Shown here: in pieces, positions 59,123-64,000 of the stretch
Layout: each line of letters opens with the position of its first letter
How positions within the stretch are numbered: position 1 is the first letter of the stretch
DNA from: Verrucomicrobiota bacterium
GTDB lineage: Bacteria; Verrucomicrobiota; Verrucomicrobiia; Limisphaerales; SXQI01
Assembly: GCA_033762115.1 (NCBI GenBank)
Contig: JANRLX010000134.1
Location: 1-64,000, forward strand
Direction of reading: 5' to 3'
DNA: 64,000 nt
The notes under the pieces: generated by a model
Database searches by the model: none
Told to the model about the DNA's origin: nothing
The model's input: only the letters and a program-made list of their open reading frames with translations
Made by a program: the position numbers and the translations under genes

Positions 59123-60016
59123 TCAGCAACAGGTGGTTCCCTGGCAACACTCCCCGGTGCCAGTCAGGCTTAAATTGATTCCTTTATAGGCCCGCACTGT
59201 GACTGACCTAAATTCAATCCCGTTGACCACCCGCCACGGTTCTGACTGTCGGGCCACTACTGTAACCGTCTGAAAACCTGCGGATGCAAATGCTTTCAAA
59301 AAACTGTTTTCGGTCAGCGCACCCGAAATGCAACCACTCCACAGTTCCTTGTCCTTCTGCATGGCTTCAGGCACTTCAACACCTGCCACGATGTCGGAGA
59401 TCACCGCCCGGCCACCTTTGCGCAAGACTCGATGCAGTTCACTGAACAGTTGTTGCTTTTGTCCATGCTCGACCAGGTTTAAAACACAATTTGAAACGAC
59501 CACGTCAATTGAGTCGGACGGGATCAAGGGTCTGGTTCGGCGCAACTCACGCGCTCTTTCCTCTGCATTAAAAAAGGCTGTGGCATCGCTGATGGGATTG
59601 GCTGCCAGTTCCCGGCTGAATAATTCGACATCGAGGGCCAGGTCCTGAATGCGTCCTTTGCGGAATTCGACATTTGAAAAACCAACTCGCTCTGCCACCA
59701 GAGGTGCGGCTTTGCGAGCCACCTCAAGCATTTCATCAGTCATGTCCACACCAATTACATGACCCTTTGCCCCGACCACCTGGGCGGCAATGAAACAAAT
59801 TTTTCCGGTACCTGATCCCAGGTCCAAAACCACTTCCCCTTTTTCCAGGTATTTGGATGGATCACCGCAGCCATAGTCACGCTCGATCACTTCCGCAGGA
59901 ATGATCTCGAGGTAACGGCGATTATATTCCACAGGACAGCACAATGAGGCTTCCTGCTTGCCCGCTGCGGCTGCGTAACGTTCTTTGACCGCAGATTCCG
60001 TTGTCAAAGTGTTCAT
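59123..60016 (-). CDS. arsM: Arsenite methyltransferase-like SAM-dependent methyltransferase
   Basis: LCCP, YGCGDP, LDLGSGTG, SNCVLNL, WSGCISGA, C-terminal CC..CC. Confidence 0.75.
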   Translation of the reverse strand: MNTLTTESAVKERYAAAAGKQEASLCCPVEYNRRYLEIIPAEVIERDYGCGDPSKYLEKGEVVLDLGSGTGKICFIAAQVVGAKGHVIGVDMTDEMLEVARKAAPLVAERVGFSNVEFRKGRIQDLALDVELFSRELAANPISDATAFFNAEERARELRRTRPLIPSDSIDVVVSNCVLNLVEHGQKQQLFSELHRVLRKGGRAVISDIVAGVEVPEAMQKDKELWSGCISGALTENSFLKAFASAGFQTVTVVARQSEPWRVVNGIEFRSVTVRAYKGINLSLTGTGECCQGTTCC

Positions 60017-60076
60017 CCGGCGAAGATAAACCTTGCCCCCATGGGTGCAAGGAGAACTGGATTTTGCCCAGTCGCT

Positions 60077-61198
60077 TCAGATTTTTAACCCCATCATCAG
60101 GATGATCAGGTCGATGATGAACAGCAGCACAATGGTTAACTCCAACACCAGCATCCAGCGGTTGGATTGGTCATGGTTGGCAATTTGGTAAAGCTGGTCG
60201 AGGGTCTTGAGTTTCTCATCGATGGTCTTGTGCCAATCGGCCAGATGAAAGCGCGAGGAAATATTATCGTAAATTTTTGCAAGGTACCAGTCCCCAAAAA
60301 ATTTGGTAATATTGACCAATTCATCACTAAATCGCGCGAGGTCGATCCGGATCTCCCTCAAATGATTCATCATGTCCCTCCGTTTGGACATGGAACGGGC
60401 CCGAAGGTCGCGATAAGATCGTTCCAGCGCCAGATCCAATATCCGGTCATAAGCTTCCAGTTCGGCCAATTGGAGATTTGCGATTTCCATGATGTAAAGG
60501 GTCTCGTGAAAATCACCTGGCTCGTCAATAATGAGTGCCGCGTCCCAATCCACCACCACCAGGTCAGTTCCGTAATAACTGAGATATTTTACGGTTGATT
60601 CATCCGCTTCCTGGTCTGAAAGCTGGGATGGGTCCCGTTCCTGCGTGAGCAATCCGGCCACTTCCCGGCGATGCTGGTGCAACCACTCCTCAGCTTGTAA
60701 GGTGGCGCCCTCTTCATCGACTACAGGCGCTTCGATGCAAAAAACCGTGTAGGCTTCCTCATCCGAGATTTCTGTAACCGGCTGAATCATATAAGGGGCC
60801 AGTTCCTTGCGAACCTCCTCTGCCAACCGGCGAATTTCTTCATTCAAAGCGCCGTTGCTGAACTCCAGATCATGATAAGCCACCAGCTCTCCGATTTCCT
60901 GAACCGTGAATGGGACCCTGACAGTGATGGAAATGGCCCCCATTGGCAGCAACTTGATGGTACGATCCACTCGGATCGGTCCAAAAGGCCCCATCCGTTC
61001 CGTTGCGGGCATACGCGCCATCAAGGGACGATAAAAAAACATGTGCCTTGGATTGCGTTTGCTGGAATCGAATGTGACCTGGATCAATTCCTGGCCCAAA
61101 AGTTTGGCCGGGACCTCTCCACCCATGTCATAGGCCAGGTCGTAGGCGTAATTATAGACTACCTGCCCTTTGTACTGACCTGCCCGTTGTGCTCCCAT
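60077..61198 (-). CDS. Conserved hypothetical protein (RMD1/DUF155-like, C-terminal TM)
   Basis: DLVVVDWDAA, ANLQLAEL..YD, GDWYLAKIY, LELTIVLLFII. Confidence 0.6.
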   Translation of the reverse strand: MGAQRAGQYKGQVVYNYAYDLAYDMGGEVPAKLLGQELIQVTFDSSKRNPRHMFFYRPLMARMPATERMGPFGPIRVDRTIKLLPMGAISITVRVPFTVQEIGELVAYHDLEFSNGALNEEIRRLAEEVRKELAPYMIQPVTEISDEEAYTVFCIEAPVVDEEGATLQAEEWLHQHRREVAGLLTQERDPSQLSDQEADESTVKYLSYYGTDLVVVDWDAALIIDEPGDFHETLYIMEIANLQLAELEAYDRILDLALERSYRDLRARSMSKRRDMMNHLREIRIDLARFSDELVNITKFFGDWYLAKIYDNISSRFHLADWHKTIDEKLKTLDQLYQIANHDQSNRWMLVLELTIVLLFIIDLIILMMGLKI

Positions 61199-61260
61199 GC
61201 CGCGTATTTTGCCTTAAATTCGACACCAACACAAACAAATCGACATTTTCAACTTACCCC

Positions 61261-61483
61261 TTGCGGAAACCGGCAGGTTCATTACTGTTTACCTTGCCTT
61301 GGCGTCGTGAGTGCGGCGCCCGGGAAGGTTTGCTCCTTCCTGATGAGGCTGAGAAAAGAAAGTTAACACGTAACCTAACCTTTAACCTCCGTTGCCCTGC
61401 AACGTCTGGTCACGTTAGGCAATGGAGCCTTCCGGTGCAGATGCACCCCAAGTCTCCCCGTCCCGTAATATAATTATTCAAGT
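61261..61483 (+). promoter_or_regulatory. rpsA promoter and structured 5' leader
   Basis: TTGCGG-N16-TACTGT followed by four hairpins and an AT-rich, SD-less start region. Confidence 0.55.
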
Positions 61484-63142
61484 ATGCTGACAATGGAAGA
61501 AGCCATGCGGCAAAGCCCCATGAGCTTTGCTGCCGGTGAAATCGTCAAAGGTATCGTCGTCGAAGTCCGTCCCAAAGAAGTCCTCGTTGATATCGGTTAC
61601 AAGTCTGAAGGATCCATTCCCGGAAATGAATTCGATGACATTAAAGCTGTCAAAATGGGTGATGAACTCGATGTTCTTATCGAGAAGCTCGAAGACAAGG
61701 AAGGAAACGTTGTCCTTTCCAAGGAAAAAGCTGAATTCAAGAAGAATTGGGATAAAATCCTGACCATCTGCAATGAAGGAGGCACCATCAACGGCAAAGT
61801 CAAAGCTGTGGTCAAGGGTGGCCTTCTCGTCAATATTGGGGTTGAAGCATTCCTCCCCGCCTCTCAGATCGATGTCGTTCCGCCAAAGAATCTCAATGGG
61901 TTCGTGGGGAATACTTATGAATTTAAAGTCGTCAAGATCAACCAGGAACGGCAGAATATCGTTCTTTCCCGCCGTGAGTTGATCGAGCAGGAACGCACCG
62001 AAAAACGTTCCAAACTCCTTGGCGAAATGATGCCTGGCGATATCCGCAAGGGCACTGTCAAGAACATTACTGATTTCGGCGCATTCATTGACCTCAACGG
62101 CCTGGATGGTCTTCTCCATATCACCGATATGAGCTGGGGCCGAATTGGTCATCCTTCTGAAATCCTCAAGGTCGGCCAGGACATTGATGTTGTCGTCCTC
62201 GATATTAATCGTGAAAAGGAACGGGTCAGCCTCGGGCTCAAGCAGAAGCTGGCAAATCCGTGGGACGCCATCGAAGGCAAGTACCCTGTTGGCACCCGCG
62301 TCAAAGGCAAGGTTGTCAACCTCATGCCGTACGGCGCATTTGTCGAGATCGAGCCAGGTGTGGAAGGGCTTGTTCACGTTACGGAGCTCTCCTGGACCAA
62401 ACGCATTGCAAAACCAGGCGATGTTCTCAAGCAGGACCAGGAAATTGAAGCGGTCGTTCTCGGAATGAACCGGGACGAGCAGAAAATTTCTCTCGGCGTG
62501 CGCCAGTTGGAAACCAATCCGTGGGACAAAGCCACCGAGAAATATCCTCCGGGCACGAAGGTCAAAGGCAAGATTCGCAATTTGACCAGCTATGGCGCTT
62601 TCATTGAATTGGAAGATGGTCTCGACGGCATGATCCATGTCTCTGACATTTCATGGACCCGCAAAATCAATCATCCTTCGGAAGTCCTCAAGAAGGGTGA
62701 CGAAGTGGAAGCCGTGGTCCTTGAAATCGACAAGGCCAACCAACGGATCGGAATGGGCCTCAAGCAGCTTGCTGAAGACCCTTGGGCCAACATTGACAAG
62801 TATTACAAGGTTGGCGACCTGGTGAATGGCAAAGTCACCAAACTCGCCAGCTTCGGCGCGTTTGTGGGTCTCGCACACGATATTGATGGTCTGGTTCATA
62901 TCTCCCAGATCAGCGAAGATCGCGTTGATAAGATCAAAAACGTGCTCAAGCCTGAGCAGGAAGTCACCGCTCGCGTCATCAAGATTGACCGTGGCGAACG
63001 CCGAATTGGTTTGTCGATCAAGGCTGCCAACTACTCTCCTGAACAGTTGAAGGCTGAACAGGCTGCCCTGGATGCGCTCAAGCCCGGCGAAGATCTCGTC
63101 GCTCTCCAGCACGCGTTTGACGCTGCTGACGAATCCAAGTAA
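61484..63142 (+). CDS. rpsA: 30S ribosomal protein S1
   Basis: Tandem S1 domains (VDIGYKSEG, AFLPASQ, FGAFIDL, GLVHVTE, GMIHVSD, GLVHISQ). Confidence 0.98.
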   Translation: MLTMEEAMRQSPMSFAAGEIVKGIVVEVRPKEVLVDIGYKSEGSIPGNEFDDIKAVKMGDELDVLIEKLEDKEGNVVLSKEKAEFKKNWDKILTICNEGGTINGKVKAVVKGGLLVNIGVEAFLPASQIDVVPPKNLNGFVGNTYEFKVVKINQERQNIVLSRRELIEQERTEKRSKLLGEMMPGDIRKGTVKNITDFGAFIDLNGLDGLLHITDMSWGRIGHPSEILKVGQDIDVVVLDINREKERVSLGLKQKLANPWDAIEGKYPVGTRVKGKVVNLMPYGAFVEIEPGVEGLVHVTELSWTKRIAKPGDVLKQDQEIEAVVLGMNRDEQKISLGVRQLETNPWDKATEKYPPGTKVKGKIRNLTSYGAFIELEDGLDGMIHVSDISWTRKINHPSEVLKKGDEVEAVVLEIDKANQRIGMGLKQLAEDPWANIDKYYKVGDLVNGKVTKLASFGAFVGLAHDIDGLVHISQISEDRVDKIKNVLKPEQEVTARVIKIDRGERRIGLSIKAANYSPEQLKAEQAALDALKPGEDLVALQHAFDAADESK

Positions 63143-63157
63143 GTCTCCTTTTTGCAC

Positions 63158-63194
63158 AGGGGGCGTCCGGCAACCGGGCGCCCTTTTTTATTTT
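63158..63194 (+). terminator. Intrinsic terminator after rpsA
   Basis: GGGGCGTCCGG...CCGGGCGCCCC followed by TTTTTATTTT. Confidence 0.85.
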
Positions 63195-63249
63195 CTCCCA
63201 TCGGGAAATCTTGGATCATCCAGCCACGCGATCATATAATTGCCAATAA

Positions 63250-63990
63250 ATGAACGAGAAATCTTCTGTGGGACGAGTTGATGGCCGCAAAGCCGGTGAA
63301 CTGCGTTCCATTCGCTTTTTGAACCATATCGCGCCGAATGCCACAGGTTCCACCCTCATCGAATGGGGGAATACCCGTGTCATTTGTGGCGTCACTGTCG
63401 AGGAGATCGTTCCCCGCTGGATGAAGGAGCAAAACGTTAGCGGTGGATGGATCACAGCGGAGTATTCCATGCTCCCTTATTCCACTCACACCCGCAAAGC
63501 CCGCGATATTACCAAGGGAAAAATCGATGGACGTTCCCAGGAAATTCAGCGCCTGATCGGGCGGGCGATCCGTGCCGCTGTCGATCTCGAAAAACTGGGC
63601 CCGCGCACTCTCTGGATTGATTGCGATGTGCTGCAGGCTGATGGAGGCACCCGGACTGCCGCCATAACCGGTAGTTTCGTTGCCCTTGCGTTGGCAATGC
63701 AACGCCTGGTCGCGGAAGGAAAGTTAAAATCCAGTCCGGTCATCTGCGCAGTTGCTGCGATCAGTGTGGGGTTGGTGAATGACCAGCCTCTCCTTGACCT
63801 CGCTTTTACGGAAGATGTAGCAGCGCAGGTGGATATGAATATTGTGATGAGTGATCGGGGAGAATTCATTGAATTACAGGGGACAGGCGAAGAATCAACC
63901 TTCAGCGAACCCCAGCTTGCTTCAATGCTGGCGCTCGGAAAAGCAGGCATTCAATCCCTGTTGCAGTTGCAGCGGACCGCACTCGCGTAA
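63250..63990 (+). CDS. rph: Ribonuclease PH
   Basis: GWITAEYSMLP, GRSQEIQRLIGR, DCDVLQADGGTRTA, QGTGE. Confidence 0.97.
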   Translation: MNEKSSVGRVDGRKAGELRSIRFLNHIAPNATGSTLIEWGNTRVICGVTVEEIVPRWMKEQNVSGGWITAEYSMLPYSTHTRKARDITKGKIDGRSQEIQRLIGRAIRAAVDLEKLGPRTLWIDCDVLQADGGTRTAAITGSFVALALAMQRLVAEGKLKSSPVICAVAAISVGLVNDQPLLDLAFTEDVAAQVDMNIVMSDRGEFIELQGTGEESTFSEPQLASMLALGKAGIQSLLQLQRTALA

Positions 63991-64000
63991 AAACTGGCTG

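Noticed and set aside
10569..59125. Many in-frame stop-to-start junctions (ureD/ureAB, ureAB/ureC, urtB/urtC, cvpA/dnaG, hydrolase/apbE, mrdA/rodA, rodA/rne, arsM/arsS) as evidence of systematic readthrough or a recoded stop
   Set aside because: By manual count about one third of close junctions are in frame, which is the chance expectation. Both TAA and TGA are involved, and TGA ends many genes normally.
59080..59125. arsM terminal CC-TGA as selenocysteine
   Set aside because: No convincing bacterial SECIS hairpin directly after the TGA, and the next gene has its own ATG two codons later
61478..62638. 386-aa minus-strand ORF opposite rpsA
   Set aside because: Typical antisense open frame caused by codon bias in a highly expressed gene

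Overview
This is a gene-dense bacterial chromosome segment, most consistent with Verrucomicrobiota (Pedosphaera/Limisphaera-like). That assignment is inferred from two prepilin/H-X9-DG genes, DUF1080, a delta-60 repeat protein, an lpxC-fabZ fusion and a general lack of Shine-Dalgarno sites. Housekeeping content: leuA, dnaG, mreBCD-mrdA-rodA-rne/rng, lpxC-fabZ/lpxA, rpsA, rph, polX, tRNA-Lys(TTT) and tRNA-Arg(CCG). Accessory modules: (i) a ~12 kb urea cluster (porin, urtABCDE, mini HupE/UreJ-like gene, ureD, fused ureAB, ureC, ureF, His-rich ureG, no ureE) with two sigma-54-type promoters; (ii) an ECF sigma/anti-sigma/DUF3106 triad; (iii) a TonB-dependent iron-uptake cluster; (iv) an arsM-arsS pair. 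The most notable observation is that the urease system resembles the plant/fungal type, with ureAB and ureC in the same frame and separated only by TGA-TCT. Also notable are an unannotated Leu-rich leader-peptide attenuator upstream of leuA and a ~165-nt nested inverted-repeat element at 23780-23943. No CRISPR array, rRNA, transposase or prophage was seen. All family calls come from motif recognition, not database searches.
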